NCBI GenBank assembly: GCA_951406725.2
Contig: OX597842.1
Location: 5,580,001-5,644,000 of the forward strand
Source: Octopus vulgaris
Taxonomy: Eukaryota
Direction of reading: 5' to 3'
Length of the DNA stretch: 64,000 nucleotides
Under the pieces are notes generated by a model, which made no database searches, was not told where the DNA came from, and saw only the letters and a list, made by a program, of their open reading frames with translations. Below, in pieces: positions 9,433-23,927 of this stretch (within the stretch, counting starts at the first letter, position 1; the number at the start of each line of letters is the position of its first letter). A program made the translations under genes and the position numbers.

Positions 9433-11750
9433 GGAGGTGCATGGCTTATTGGTTAGGGTGTTGGACTCATGATCATAAGATTGTGGTTTTAATTCCTGGA
9501 CCAGGCAATACATTGTGTCCTTGAGCAAGACACTTCATTTCACTCCAGAAACAGACTCTCTTAAATGCCTGGATGTGAAGGTGCATGGCTTAGTGGTTAG
9601 GGTGTTGGACTCATGATTGTAAGATTGTGGTTTCAATTCCTGGACCAGGCAATACATTGTGTTCTTGAGCAAAACACTTCATTTCACTCCAGAAACAGAC
9701 TCTCTTAAATGCCTGGATGTGAAGGTGCATGGCTTAGTGGTTAGGGTGTTGGACTCATGATTGTAAGATTGTGGTTTCAATTCCTGGACCAGGCAATACA
9801 TTGTGTTCTTGAGCAAAACACTTCATTTCACTCCAGAAACAGACTCTCTTAAATGCCTGGATGTGAAGGTTCATGGCTTAGTGGTTAGGGTGTTGGACTC
9901 ATGATCATAAGATTGTGGTTTTAATTCCTGGACCAGGCAATACATTGTGTTCTTGAGCAAGACACTTCATTTCACTCCAGAAACAGACTCTCTTAAATGC
10001 CTGGATGTGAAGGTGCATGGCTTAGTGGTTAGGGTGTTGGGCTCATGATTGTAAGATTGTGGTTTCAATTCCTGGACCAGGCAATACATTGTGTTCTTGA
10101 GCAAAACACTTCATTTCACTCCAGAAACAGACTCTTTTCAATGCCTGGATGTGAAGGTGCATGGCTTAGTGGTTAGGGTGTTGGACTCATGATTGTAAGA
10201 TTGTGGTTTCAATTCCTGGACCAGGCAATACATTGTGTTCTTGAGCAAAACACTTCATTTCACTCCAGAAACAGACTCTCTTAAATGCCTGGATGTGAAG
10301 GTGCATGGCTTAGTGGTTAGGGTGTTGGACTCATGATTGTAAGATTGTGGTTTCAATTCCTGGACCAGGCAATACATTGTGTTCTTGAGCAAAACACTTC
10401 ATTTCACTCCAGAAACAGACTCTCTTAAATGCCTGGATGTGAAGGTGCATGGCTTAGTGGTTAGGGTGTTGGACTCATGATTGTAAGATTGTGGTTTCAA
10501 TTCCTGGACCAGGCAATACATTGTGTTCTTGAGCAAAACACTTCATTTCACTCCAGAAACAGACTCTCTTAAATGCCTGGATGTGAAGGTTCATGGCTTA
10601 GTGGTTAGGGTGTTGGACTCATGATTGTAAGATTGTGGTTTTAATTCCTGGACCAGGCAATACATTGTGTCCTTGAGCAAGACACTTCATTTCACTCCAG
10701 AAACAGACTCTCTTAAATGCCTGGATGTGAAGGTGCATGGCTTAGTGGTTAGGGTGTTGGGCTCATGATTGTAAGATTGTGGTTTCAATTCCTGGACCAG
10801 GCAATACATTGTGTTCTTGAGCAAAACACTTCATTTCACTCCAGAAACAGACTCTCTTAAATGCCTGGATGTGAAGGTTCAAGGCTTAGTGGTTAGGGTG
10901 TTGGGCTCATGATTGTAAGATTGTGGTTTCAATTCTTGGACCTGACAATACATTGTGTTCTTGAGCAAAACACTTCATTTCACTCCAGAAACAGACTCTC
11001 TTAGATGCCTGGATGTGAAGGTGCATGGCTTAGTGGTTAGGGTGTTGGGCTCATGATTGTAAGATTGTGGTTTCAATTCTTGGACCTGACAATACATTGT
11101 GTTCTTGAGCAAAACACTTCATTTCACTCCAGAAACAGACTCTCTTAGATGCCTGGATGTGAAGGTGCATGGCTTAGTGGTTAGGGTGTTGGGCTCATGA
11201 TTGTAAGATTGTGGTTTCAATTCCTGGACCAGGCAATACATTGTGTTCTTGAGCAAAACACTTCATTTCACTCCAGAAACAGACTCTCTTAAATGCCTGG
11301 ATGTGAAGGTTCATGGCTTAGTGGTTAGGGTGTTGGGCTCATGATTGTAAGATTGTGGTTTCAATTCCTGGACCAGGCAATACATTGTGTCCTTGAGCAA
11401 AACACTTCATTTCACTCCAGAAACAGACTCTCTTAAATGCCTGGATTTGAAAGTTCATGGCTTAGTGGTTAGGGTGTTGGACTCATGATTGTAAGATTGT
11501 GGTTTCAATCTTGGACTGGTTGATATATTGTGTCCTTGAGCAAGACACTTTACTTCACATTGCTCCAGTCCACTCAGCTGGCAAAAATGAGTTGTACCTG
11601 TGATTCAAAAGGGCCTGCCTTGCCACATTTTGTGTCAGGCTGAACCTCCCTGAGAACTACATTGAGGGATCGTGTGTCTGTGGAATACTCAGCCACTTGC
11701 ACATTAATTTCACGAGGAGGCTGTTCCATTGAACATGGACCAACTGTGGG
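9433..11750 (+). repeat. 144-bp tandem array of a tRNA-derived SINE head (family D): 14 units, then a 15th continuing into the SINE body
   Basis: gaaggtgcatggcttagtggttagg at 9433, 9577, 9721, 9865 ... 11449; each unit has an A-box and B-box-like GGTTTCAATTCC. Confidence 0.95.
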
Positions 11751-12031
11751 CAAGTATTGTCATCATAGCCTCGGGCCAACCAAAGCCTTGTGCCAGTGGG
11801 GGACAGAACACAGAAGCACATCGTATATATCACACAAATATATATCATCATCATCATCGGGTTGGACGGTTCGACCAGGGGCTGTCCCAGGCTCCAGTCT
11901 GGTCTGGCAGTGTTTCTACAGCTGGATGCCCTTCCTAACGCCAACCACTCCGCGAGTGTAGTGGGTGCATTTTACGTGCCACCTGCACAGGTGCCAGAGG
12001 GGTCTGGCATCAGCCACGATCGGTTGGTGCT

Positions 12032-12089
<58 letters not shown>

Positions 12090-12093
<4 letters not shown>

Positions 12094-12487
12094 CTCATTA
12101 CTTGTTTCAGTCATTTGGCTGCGGCCATACTGGAGCACAGCCTTTAGTCGAGCAAATTGACACCAGGACTTATTCTTTGTAAGCCTAGGACTTATTCTAT
12201 CAGTCTCTTTTGCCGAACTGCTAAGTTACGGGGACGTAAACACACCAGCATTGGTTGTCAAGTGATGTTGGAGGGACAAACACAGATACACAAACACACA
12301 TATATATATATACACATATATACGATGGGCTTCTTTCAGTTTCTGTCTACTAAATCCACTCACAAGGCTTTGGTCGGCCCGGGGCTATAGTAGAATACAC
12401 TTGACCAAGGTGCCACGCAGTGGGAGCTGAACCCAGAACCATGTAGTTGGTAAGCAAGCTACTTACCACACAGCCACTCCTGCCCCT
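12090..12487 (-). mobile_element. SINE family A copy
   Basis: Reverse complement of the family A consensus. Confidence 0.85.
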
Positions 12488-12902
12488 ATATATATATATA
12501 TATATATATGATGGACTTCCATATTCTCTCAGAAGGCTTTGGTCAGCCTGAGGCTATATTAGAAGATAAGACACTTGCCCAAGGTTCTGTGCTGTGGGAC
12601 TGAACCTGGAACCATGTGGTTTTGAAGCAAACTTTTACCACCCAGCCATACCTGTGCTTGTGTGTGTGTAAATAACCATTTAAGTGTTCATATACATGTA
12701 GGTGGTTGTGTATATGTGTGCGTCTGTATATGTATATACATATGTACATACACACTCTCTTTCTCTTCCTCTCTTTTTGCCCTCCTTTTCAGTTGTGTGT
12801 GTGTGTGTACTCATTATGTTTGTTGTCATTGTTGTTGTCATCACCCTGCTTTTCCTCTCCTTCTTTGTCCCTCACACTTCCTCTCACCCCGCCCACACAC
12901 TA

Positions 12903-13305
12903 CTCTTAAATGCCTGGATGTGAAGGTGCATGGCTTAGTGGTTAGGGTGTTGGACTCATGATTGTAAGATTGTGGTTTCAATTCCTGGACCAGGCAATAC
13001 ATTGTGTTCTTGAGCAAAACACTTCATTTCACTCCAGAAACAGACTCTCTTAAATGCCTGGATGTGAAGGTGCATGGCTTAGTGGTTAGGGGTGTTGGAC
13101 TCATGATTGTAAGATTGTGGTTTCAATTCCTGGACCAGGCAATACATTGTGTTCTTGAGCAAAACACTTCATTTCACTCCAGAAACAGACTCTCTTAAAT
13201 GCCTGGATGTGAAGGTGCATGGCTTAGTGGTTAGGGTGTTGGACTCATGATTGTAAGATTGTGGTTTCAATTCCTGGACCAGGCAATACATTGTGTTCTT
13301 GAGCA
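12903..13305 (+). repeat. Second short array (~3 units) of the same 144-bp repeat
   Basis: Same unit sequence as 9433-11449. Confidence 0.9.
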
Positions 13306-14016
13306 TTTCATCATCATCGTTTAACGTCCGTTATATATACACAAATACATACATATATACACACATACATACATACATGTAGGATATATATATATATGTA
13401 TATTTGACAACTAATTTAGGATCAAATGGCCAAAAAAATTTATCATATCAATCAAAATATCTTTGAAGGTTAAATTTATAAATAACTTACAAAATAGGGG
13501 CAAAAGAAAAATTCTAATCCCAAATATGGCATTAGAATTTTTGTTTTGCCCTTATTTTGTAAGTTATATATATATATGTATATATATATACGACAGGCTT
13601 CTTTCAGTTTCCATCTACCAAATCCACTCACAAGGCTTTGGTCAGCCTGAGGCTATAGTAGAAGACACTTGCCCAAGGTGCCATGCAGTGGGACTGAAAA
13701 GGAACCATGTGGTTGGTAAGCAAGCTACTTACCACATAGCCACTATGACTGTTTTTTATTTCTTTATTTGCCCACAAGGGGCTAAACATAGAGAGGGCAA
13801 ACAAGGACAGACAAACGGATTAAGTCGATTACATCGACCCCAGTGTGAAATTGGTACTTATTTAATCGACCCCAAAAGGATGAAAGGCAAAGTTGACCTT
13901 GATGGAATTTGAACTCAGAACGTAACAGCAGACGGAATACTGCTAAGCATTTTACCCGGCGTGCTAACGTTTCTGCCAGCTTGCCATCTTATGAATATGT
14001 TTTTATGAGTGGATGT

Positions 14017-14278
14017 AATAATAATAATGGTAATAATAATAATAATAATAATAACGGTAGTAATAATAATAATAATTATAATAATGACAATAATGATAAT
14101 AATAATAATAGTAATAATGATAATAATAATAATAATTATAATAATGACAATAATAATAACAGTAATAATAATAATGATAATAATAATAATAATGATAATA
14201 ATAATAATAATGATAATGGTAATAATAATATTAATAATAATAATAATGGTAATAGCAACAGTAATAATAATAATAATT
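14017..14278. repeat. (AAT)n microsatellite
   Basis: Direct reading. Confidence 0.95.
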
Positions 14279-14424
14279 TGAAATTTTGCCAGAAGGGTAG
14301 CAATTTGTGGGGAGGGGTTGAGTCAATTACAGTGACCCGCGTGTTGAACTGTACATCTAAACGTTTTCTTTTTTTCTCTTTGTTTTCTGCTGGACTCTCC
14401 TAACATGACTCTCACCACAATCAG

Positions 14425-14590
14425 CCAAATGCAACAACCTGCTGGACAGCACCACCTGTACTGACCATGACAACGAAGTCTTTTGCCGGGCCTGTTATGC
14501 GAAGCACTTTGGTCCAAAGGGCTACGGGTTTGCTGGAGGAGCCTCAGGACTTTCCATGGACACTGGTGACCCGGCCGAGGTCACACGCAA
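14425..14590 (+). CDS. CSRP: CSRP/MLP coding exon 2 (end of LIM1 and Gly-rich region)
   Basis: aatcag|CC gives (A)KCNNLLDSTTCTDHDNEVFCRACYAKHFGPKGYGFAGGASGLSMDTGDPAEVTR; AA|gtaagc, phase 2. Confidence 0.95.
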
Positions 14591-14619
14591 GTAAGCACAG
14601 TACCCCCCCTCTCTATCGT

Positions 14620-15000
14620 TTTGGCTCTCTCTCTCCTCCTCCTTTATTTTTTCTCCTCTCTTTCTTTTCTCTCTTTCTCTCACTTATATTTCTCTTCTTT
14701 CTCTCTCTCCTCTCTCTCTCTCTCTCTCCCTCCTCTCTTTCTCTTTTTCTCTCTCTCCTTTCTCTTTCTCTCCCTCCTCTCTCTTGCTCTCTCCTCTCTT
14801 TCTCTCTTCTCTCTTTCTCCCCTCTCTTTCTTTTTCCTCTTTCTCTCTTCTCTCTTTCTCCCCTCTCTTTGTCTTTCCCTCTTTTTCCTCTCTTTCTCTA
14901 TCTCTCTCCTCTTTCTCTTTCTTCCTTCTCTTTCTCTCTTCTCTCTCTCCCTTCTCTTTCCCTCTTTCTCTTCTCTTTCTTCTCTCCCTTTCTCCTTTAT
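14620..15000. repeat. Polypyrimidine (CT/CTT)n tract
   Basis: Direct reading. Confidence 0.9.
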
Positions 15001-15988
15001 GTCTGACTTTCTTTCACTCTTTCATTTTCTCCATTGTTTCTTTCCCATTTTTTCTCCCCCCCCCCACGTCAACCTTGATCTTCCATTCTACAAACACATA
15101 CTTCAACCCTTCCTGCAATGTGCTGTCTCCCCCCCCCTTCCACCAACGCCACTCTGTCTCTCCCCCATGCCACTGCACCCAACCTCCACCCATATTCTTT
15201 CCAAACCCTCTCCGACCCCAACATCACTCCGCTCCCTCTGCACTACAACCTGTACCAGTGAGTCAAGAAAGTGGACATCTGCTACAACCACCACGCCACA
15301 CTACCACACTATCTACAATACCACCACCACCATCATCATTACCATCAACACCACCATCACCAGTCACTGCCACTTTCCATCGTTGTTACCCCCCTTCACC
15401 ACCTCCATCACCACTGCCATCACCATCACAATCACTACTACCTATTTCTTTATTGCCCACAAGGCTAAACAAGGGGACAAACAAGGACAGATAAAGGAAT
15501 TAAGTTGATTATCTTGACCCCAGAGTGTAACTGGTACTTGTTTAATCGACCCTGAAAGGATGAAAAGCAAAGTCGACCTCGGCGGAATTTGAACTCAGAA
15601 CGTAGCGGCAGACGAAACACCGCTAGGTATTTCGACCGGTGTGCTAACAATTCTGCCACCTTGTTGCCGCTACAACCAGCATCACCACCATCACTGTCAC
15701 CACCTCCACCGTCATCACCTCTACAGTCCCTGCCCCTACCTCTCACCAACCTCATCATCTCCACTACCCCATCTTCTCCATCGCCACTACCTCTACCATC
15801 ATCACCTTTGCCACCAGCCCCACCAACTTCCCACTTCCTTCATCCCCGCTGCCACTATTGCCACCCTCACCACCACCAACCCCCGGCACAACCAATTACA
15901 CCCCCCACCCATGCATCCACCTATCCATCCACCCATCCCTGCAACCACACCAGCTGCTGCATCATCATCTCTTTGTCTTTACTTTCAG

Positions 15989-16139
15989 GAATGTCTCCCA
16001 CCTAGCTGAGGCCCATGCTGCTCCCATCCTCAGCACCAACGGCACGGCAACAGCAAAACCTCGATGGGGTAGCTCCGACATGTGCCCTCGATGTAACAAG
16101 GCTGTCTATATGGCTGAGAAAGTGATTGGTGCTGGAAAG
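15989..16139 (+). CDS. CSRP: CSRP/MLP coding exon 3 (linker and start of LIM2)
   Basis: tttcag|G gives (K)NVSHLAEAHAAPILSTNGTATAKPRWGSSDMCPRCNKAVYMAEKVIGAGK|gtgagt, phase 0. Confidence 0.95.
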
Positions 16140-17062
16140 GTGAGTGAAATGATCACTGTCCCCTCATATTTACTTGTAAAAATTCTTCCTTGAGAAGAAC
16201 CGCATAGCCCAAGCCATCAGAGAAGAATATGAACCATGTTCTTGAGGAGACCTATTGAGTCAAGTACGTCAACACCAACATCAAAATGAAAATCAAATGG
16301 AAATTGTAGTTAAGATACCTGTGACGGGGACACGTAAAAAGCACTGTCCAAACGTGGCAGATGCCAGCGCCACCTGACTGGAGTCCGTGTCGGTGACACG
16401 TAAAAAGGACCATTTGCCAGCCTCCTCTGGCCCCTGAGCTGGTGGCATGTAAAAAGCACTCACTACACTCATTGAGTGGTTGGCGTTAGGAAAGGCATCC
16501 AGCCGTAGAAACATTGCCAGATCAGCCAGGAGCCTGGCGCAGCCTCCTGGCTTCCAAGACCCCTTTTTATTTAATATTTTATACTTTACTTAATTATTGA
16601 TAAATGTTTTTATTGTATATCTAATTTTTTTTTCTATATGGTATAATTTAATTATATCATTGTTATTTCATTGTTGAATTGATAAAAGGTAGTTCTTCTC
16701 TAACTTTACATTTATATATATAACACAAACAGGTGACCGTTGGCAGCGCCGCCCCGACTAGCCTCTGCACTGGTGGCACATAAAAAGCACCATCCGATTG
16801 TGGCCATTGCCAGCCTCGTCTGGCACCTGTGCAGGTGGCACATAAAAAGCACCCAGTACACTCACGGAGTGGTTGGCGTTAGGAAGGGCATCCAGCTGTA
16901 GAAACACTGCCAGATCAGACTGGAGCCTGGTGCAGCCTTCTGGCTTCCCAGACCCCAGTTGAACCGTCCAACCCATGCTAGCATGGAAAACGGACATTAA
17001 ATGATGATGATGATGATGATGAAACAGATGTATTAGTTTAATGCTCGGGAAGGTGAGAAAGT

Positions 17063-17098
17063 CTTTTACATTTCGAGCCTATGCTCTTCAACAGAAAG
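17063..17098 (-). ncRNA. Hammerhead-like motif, variant core
   Basis: CTTT-CTGTTGA-A-GAGC-ATAG-GCTC-GAAA-TG-TA-AAAG. Confidence 0.45.
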
Positions 17099-17348
17099 GA
17101 ACATGAGGAAATAACCAGAGAGAATAAAAAATGCATTAGTGGCTAGTGGTTGATCATATATTTGCACGTATCTTTGCCTCAGCATCACATGATGGTTTTA
17201 AATGAGCTTCAGTATCATGCTAGCGGTATTGTTAGTTTTCAGTAATAAAAGCTAGCGAATGAATTGCTGTTATGTCTGTCTGTGTGTCTCTATTATTACA
17301 GTCTATCCATAGTTCTGATTTGACGTTGTTTTTGTTCTTCTCTTGCAG

Positions 17349-17442
17349 ACTTACCATAAGGTCTGCTTCCGGTGTTCCACGTGTAACAAATCCTTGGATT
17401 CCACCACATTGTGTGACAAAGGCTGCGAGATTTACTGCAAAG
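17349..17442 (+). CDS. CSRP: CSRP/MLP coding exon 4
   Basis: ttgcag|[32 protein letters not shown]|gtgagt, phase 1. Confidence 0.95.
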
Positions 17443-17504
17443 GTGAGTGTTTTTGTAGGTGGGGAGAGGAGAACAGGTGATCGCCATTTGCATGTTTGTA
17501 TTTT

Positions 17505-18585
<1,081 letters not shown>

Positions 18586-19233
18586 TGCATGTATGTATAT
18601 GTGTATGTTTTTCATTATGTCCCCCATCTTCCCCCAACTCATTGATCCTTGCTCATCCCCCCCTTCGACCCTACTCCTTCTGCTAGTCTGCCCCCCCTTC
18701 AACATCCTTCCTCCCATCATTTCATTTGTCCTTACCCTAAAATCCTGCGTGCCGATTCTTCAGTTCCCATTGTGCCTTGTGGGGCCACTCAAGTACCTCA
18801 TTGCCACGATCTATCTCTTGCAACCCCTACTGTTCATTTTCTCATTCTCTCCCCTTTACCCCTCACCCCTTAACTCTGCTAGATGTGAGTAGCCATGCAG
18901 ACCCTCTACAAGAACCTGCACTCCTCCACTTTCTCATAGTTCATAAATCAATCTCTCATCGACAAGCATGAAGCAAATTAGAGAAAAAAACCACTATTAT
19001 GTGATTCAAACAATGATAGACATAAATCAAATCATAAAGAAAAAAATAAAATATATTTTTTTAAAACATATAACTAGATCACAAAAAGTATATAAATGAA
19101 TAAATAATATATAATAAGTAATATATATATATATATAACGGGAAGCTTTATGAAAATAAACAAAAGACGAAGGCAGGTGGAGTACAAACAAACAATGTAT
19201 TAGTATAGCGCTCAGGAATAGAAATAGAACAAG

Positions 19234-19271
19234 TCTTTTATGTTTCGAGCCTATGCTCTTCAGCAGAAAGA
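19234..19271 (-). ncRNA. Hammerhead-like motif, variant core
   Basis: TCTTT-CTGCTGA-A-GAGC-ATAG-GCTC-GAAA-CA-TA-AAAGA. Confidence 0.45.
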
Positions 19272-19519
19272 TACACAGAAAACAAACAAGGAGAGGAAAA
19301 AAAATGCGTGTAGGAGCTAACGATCCAACATATATATATTGTTTATTCATTTTTGTACTTTTTGTGATCTAGTTAATGTTTTTAAAAAATATATTTTATT
19401 TTTATTTATGATTTTATTTATGATTTATGTAAATTATATATTTATATTGTGAAATTTTGATTTAATACTAAATTGAATTTTTCCCTGTAAGTTTGGAGTT
19501 ATACTCCGTAATATTATTA

Positions 19520-19554
<35 letters not shown>

Positions 19555-19559
<5 letters not shown>

Positions 19560-19731
19560 TACAAAATGAGACAAGAACGCAAAACATCCAGAAGACGATA
19601 CAAAAAACACGGACGGGTCATTCAAAGTCTTTAATCTTCAGTCAAGAACCGGATCATCCTTGCAATTTCGGCTGTGTTTTTTGTATCGTCTTTTGGATGT
19701 TTTGCGTTCTTGTCCCATTTTGTATTTTCAT
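19555..19731. repeat. (TA)n-flanked foldback element, ~55-bp inverted arms
   Basis: atgaatacaaaatgagacaagaacgcaaaacatccagaagacgatacaaaaaacac ... gtgttttttgtatcgtcttttggatgttttgcgttcttgtcccattttgtattttcat. Confidence 0.9.
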
Positions 19732-19843
19732 ATATATATATATAGCGGCGTACGTACACTTTGTTCTCTTATATATATACATACATATATACATACATAT
19801 ATACATACATGGACATTTATACTTTGTTTCTCTTGTATTCCAG

Positions 19844-19911
19844 CTTGCTACAACAAACAGTTCGGACCAAAGGGCTATGGTTTTGGCGCTGCCCTAGTGA
19901 GGACGACATAA
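19844..19911 (+). CDS. CSRP: CSRP/MLP coding exon 5 (stop)
   Basis: ttccag|CT gives (A)CYNKQFGPKGYGFGAALVRTT*. Joined CDS is 576 nt = 191 aa with two C-x2-C-x17-H-x2-C-x2-C-x2-C-x17-C-x2-C LIM domains and FGPKG motifs. Confidence 0.95.
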
Positions 19912-20479
19912 ACAGAGGAACTTCTTTTGAATAATTATTATAAGTGCATTAACTGCTATTTCTACACAGCACGGGACCAGCAACAAGTGATAGTACCATG
20001 CACACACAAACGCACACACTGTATTAACCTTAAAATGGACACTGTATGAAAATACATATAGCCAAATATTTGCCATTATTTCTCCTTCCTTAGATGTAGC
20101 AAATAGTTATAGATCTTAGAAGAAATACAGAATATATTCTTGGAAGTTAACTTCTAAATGTAACCCCTGTCTTAGACCCTCTTATACACATCAAGGGACC
20201 AAGCAATAGTGTTAGAAGCACACATATTTTTGTTTTTGTATTTTTGGGTGGGTCATGTTGCTAATTGAACACACACGTTGGCTGTATTTCACTTCAGTAT
20301 TATTATCTTTGTCAAATGTTTTGCTTATTTATTCACATTCTTTTGAATTAATTATGCTTTATCTTGGTGTGACTGTTCAGATGATATTGTAGGGCATGTG
20401 TGATAGGCTGGATCTGACCAGTTTGAGCATAAAACATGTAGAATATTGGAACTGGATGTAACCGGTTTAAATATTGTGG

Positions 20480-21770
20480 CACCAAGCTTACAGAATTATT
20501 ATCATGCTGGACAAAATATTTAGTAGCTTTTCTTCCAGTGCTTCATGTTCTGAGTTCAAATACCACCAAGGTCAGCTTTGCCTATCATCCTTTCAGGGTC
20601 GATAAATTAAGTACCAGTGGACTACTGGGGTAAGTGTAATTGGCTCATCCCCTCCCCCAAAATTGCTGCCCTTGTGACAAAATTTGAAACCATAATTATT
20701 AGGGTGACGAGCTGGCAGAATCGTGAGCGCACTGAACGAAATGCTTAGCGGTATTTCGCCTGTCACTGCGTTCTGAGTTCAAATTCCGCCAAGGTCAACT
20801 TTACCTTTCATCCTTTTGGGGTCGATAAATTAAGTACCAGTGAAGCACTGGGGCCATGTAATCAACCAGTCACCACCCCACAAATTTGAGGCCTTGTGGC
20901 TCCAGTAGAAAGGATTATTATTATTATTATTATTATTAAGGTAACGAGATAGTAAACTCGTTAGCATCGCAAGCAAATGCTTAGCGGCATTTCATCTGTC
21001 TTTATATTCTGAGTTCAAATTCTGCTGAGGTTAACTTTGCCTTTCATCCCTTCAGGTTCAATAAATTACATACCAGTTATGCACTGGGGTCAATGTAATC
21101 GACTTACCCCTCCCCTCCAAATTTCAGGCCTTGTGCCTATAGTAGAAAGGATCATTATTATTATTATTATTTAAGGTGGTGAGCTGGCAGAATTGTTAAC
21201 GTACTGGACAAAATGCTCAGTAGCATTTTATCCATCCTTATATTCTGAGTTCAAATTCCGCCGAGGTCGACTTTGCCTTTCATCCTTTTAGGGTCGATAA
21301 ATTAAGTACCAGTTACGCACTGGGGTCGATATAATCGACTTAATTCCTTTGTCTGTCCTTGTTTGTCCCCTCTGTGTTTAGCCCTTTGTGGATAGTAAAG
21401 AAATAGGTATTTCATCTGCCGCTACGTTCCGAGTTCAAATTCATTCTGCCGAGGTCAACTTTGCCTTTCATCCTTTCGGGGTCGATAAATTAAGTACCAG
21501 TTACGCACTGGGTTGATGTAATCGACTTAATCCCTTTGTCTGTCCTTGTTTGTCCCCTCTATGTTTAGCCCTTTGTGGATAGTAAAGAAATAGGTATTTC
21601 GTCTGCCACTACATTCTGAGTTCAAATTCCGCCGAGGTCGACTTTGCCCTTCATCCTTTTGGGGTCGATAAATTAAGTACCAGTTACGCACTGGGGTCGA
21701 TGTAATCGACTTAATCCCTTTGTCTATCCTCTCTGTGTTTGGCCCCTTGTGGGTAATAAAGAAATAAGAA
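20480..21770 (+). mobile_element. Head-to-tail cluster of about 6 SINE family B copies downstream of the CSRP stop
   Basis: Repeated ttctgagttcaaattccgccgaggtcgactttgcctttcatcc. Confidence 0.85.
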
Positions 21771-23440
21771 TCGTTACAGCACTAAAGAAAATGTTTAATT
21801 GCATTGCTTCTGACTCTTTGTTCTGAGTTCAATTGCTGCCGAGGTGGACTTATAAGTCCCAGTTGAGCATGAGGGTCAATGTGATCAACCCTAACCCTCA
21901 CTCTGCTTCCCTCAGAACTGCCAGCCCTGTACCAAAATTCACAAGTGTTATTTATGAATTCTGCAACCTTATTGGTAATGATGAAATCCCATTGATATTC
22001 CCACACTGCTTGTAGATTCTTCATGCTGTCAGCCACTCCCTGTGCTTAAGGACCCAGGGACAAGCAAAGAGTATTTGTGTGTCCTGAGAAAGAAAGGTTT
22101 ACCTCATTGTTGATAAAGTTAATCGTAATGAAAAAACTCAGAGAGACCAATCAGTAGAGTGATTTATTGGTTAAATTATTAGATAAGTAAATATCTAAAT
22201 GAATGGTATAAAAAAAAAAAATGAAGTGAAATACAGTCAGTGTGTGTGAGAGATTTAGTTAGCAGCATGACCCTCCCAAAGTACAATATTTGTTTTTGCA
22301 CACGATTTCACATTAAGAATCTCATAAAACAAATATGTACATGTTTGTATATATGTATACCTATGTGTACACATAAATAAAAATACAAGTACATATATAT
22401 ATGTATGTGTGTATATATATATATACACACACACACACATACCAGCACATACATACAAATACATTATTTATGTTTACAAAACAAAATTATATACATACTC
22501 ACACACAGATGTGTAGAAGTCAATATCTACTTACACACCTATGTATGCACTCACAGTTATGTACACATAGAGAGATGTGTAAAAATACACACACACACAT
22601 TATTACTAGGTAATTAGTCTAACCAAATGATTTGTTTAGTCTTTAGACTTAACCCAAACCACACAAAAAACAAACCCATTTGTATTTATCGATATCCTTA
22701 ATATCTCATGCTGCCTGCCTTTTAGTCCTACTTTTTTCTTTGCTTCCCATTTACCAAACTGATACAAGTAATAATAAACAGACCATCTGATAACGGAGCC
22801 CCAGTTTTATTTGATTGCGAACCTTAGCAATCTGGGTTCAATCCCCACCGAGTCCAATTTTGCCTTCCATCTCCCCAAGAGTTAGTTACGCAGTTGAGTC
22901 CCAGTGGATTAATGGTACTCATTATTGACTCCCGGCGAGCTGGCAGAAACGTTAGCACGCCGGACGAAATGCTTAGCGGTATTTCGTCTGCCACTACGTT
23001 CTGAGTTCAAATTCCGCCGAGGTCAACTTTGCCTTTCATCCTTTCGGGGTCGATAAATTAAGTACCAGTTACGAACTGGGGTCGATGTAATCGACTTAAT
23101 ACCTATGTCTGTCCTTGTTTGTCCCCTCTATGTTTAGCCCCTTGTGGGTAATAAAGAAATAGGTACTCATTATTGACTCCCGGATTTTAAGGGTTTGTTC
23201 GGAATCCTTTAGTTCCCAGCCAAAGAACATTCTTACGGTATTTTCCAGAATACAAGTTGAATTTTTTTTAGGACCAAAATTTACAGCCTCAAAAATGGTA
23301 GGTTGACTTATATACACCGAGAAGACTTTTGGAGGACCAACAGTTCCTTGTGGAATGCGGCAGGATTTGGAAAGATAGTGATGTTGTTTGAATGTTTATA
23401 TTGTGTACACCATACGTATATGTAGACTTGTACGATGGAA

Positions 23441-23927
23441 ATATTGGGTTGTCCGGAAAGTTCTTGCCGATTTTTAAAGTTAATAAATACTTGCCATTAC
23501 ATTTTTAATCAACCAAATATGAGCCATTTTGTTGCACAATGCGTCTCCATCTTTCCTTTAACTTGAAAATACCCTCTTCCCAGAATTGAGCTGGTTTCAT
23601 GGCAAAGAATTCATCAAGGTATCTTTTTATGTCATCCAAGGAGTTGAAATTTTTACCATTAAGACTATTCTGCAAAGACCTGAATAAGTAGAAATCCAAA
23701 GGAGCAATATCTGGTGAATATGGAGGGTGGGGTAACACATCCCAGCTGAGCTGCAGCAATTTTTGTCTGGTTCCCAAAGCATCAAGTACCGAAAATGAAC
23801 TTTCTTATCTTGAATTTTAAAGGGTTACAGAATTAACACAGGTTATAGGAACATAAACCTTCTTCCATGAAAAGATAGCTTAAACTGTGCTCTAAATGGA
23901 GGTGTAGTCAAATCCTATTTTATGGAC
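23441..23927 (-). mobile_element. Internally deleted mariner element
   Basis: TIR-like tattgggttgtccggaaagttc at 23442. C-terminus HPPYSPDIAPLDFYLFRSLQNSL is joined directly to N-terminal QDKKVHFRYLML; runs into the gap. Confidence 0.85.

Noticed and set aside
9433-11520. Tandem tRNA-Met(CAT) gene cluster
   Set aside because: The CTCATGA loop is present, but acceptor, anticodon and T stems do not pair; the unit is a SINE head.
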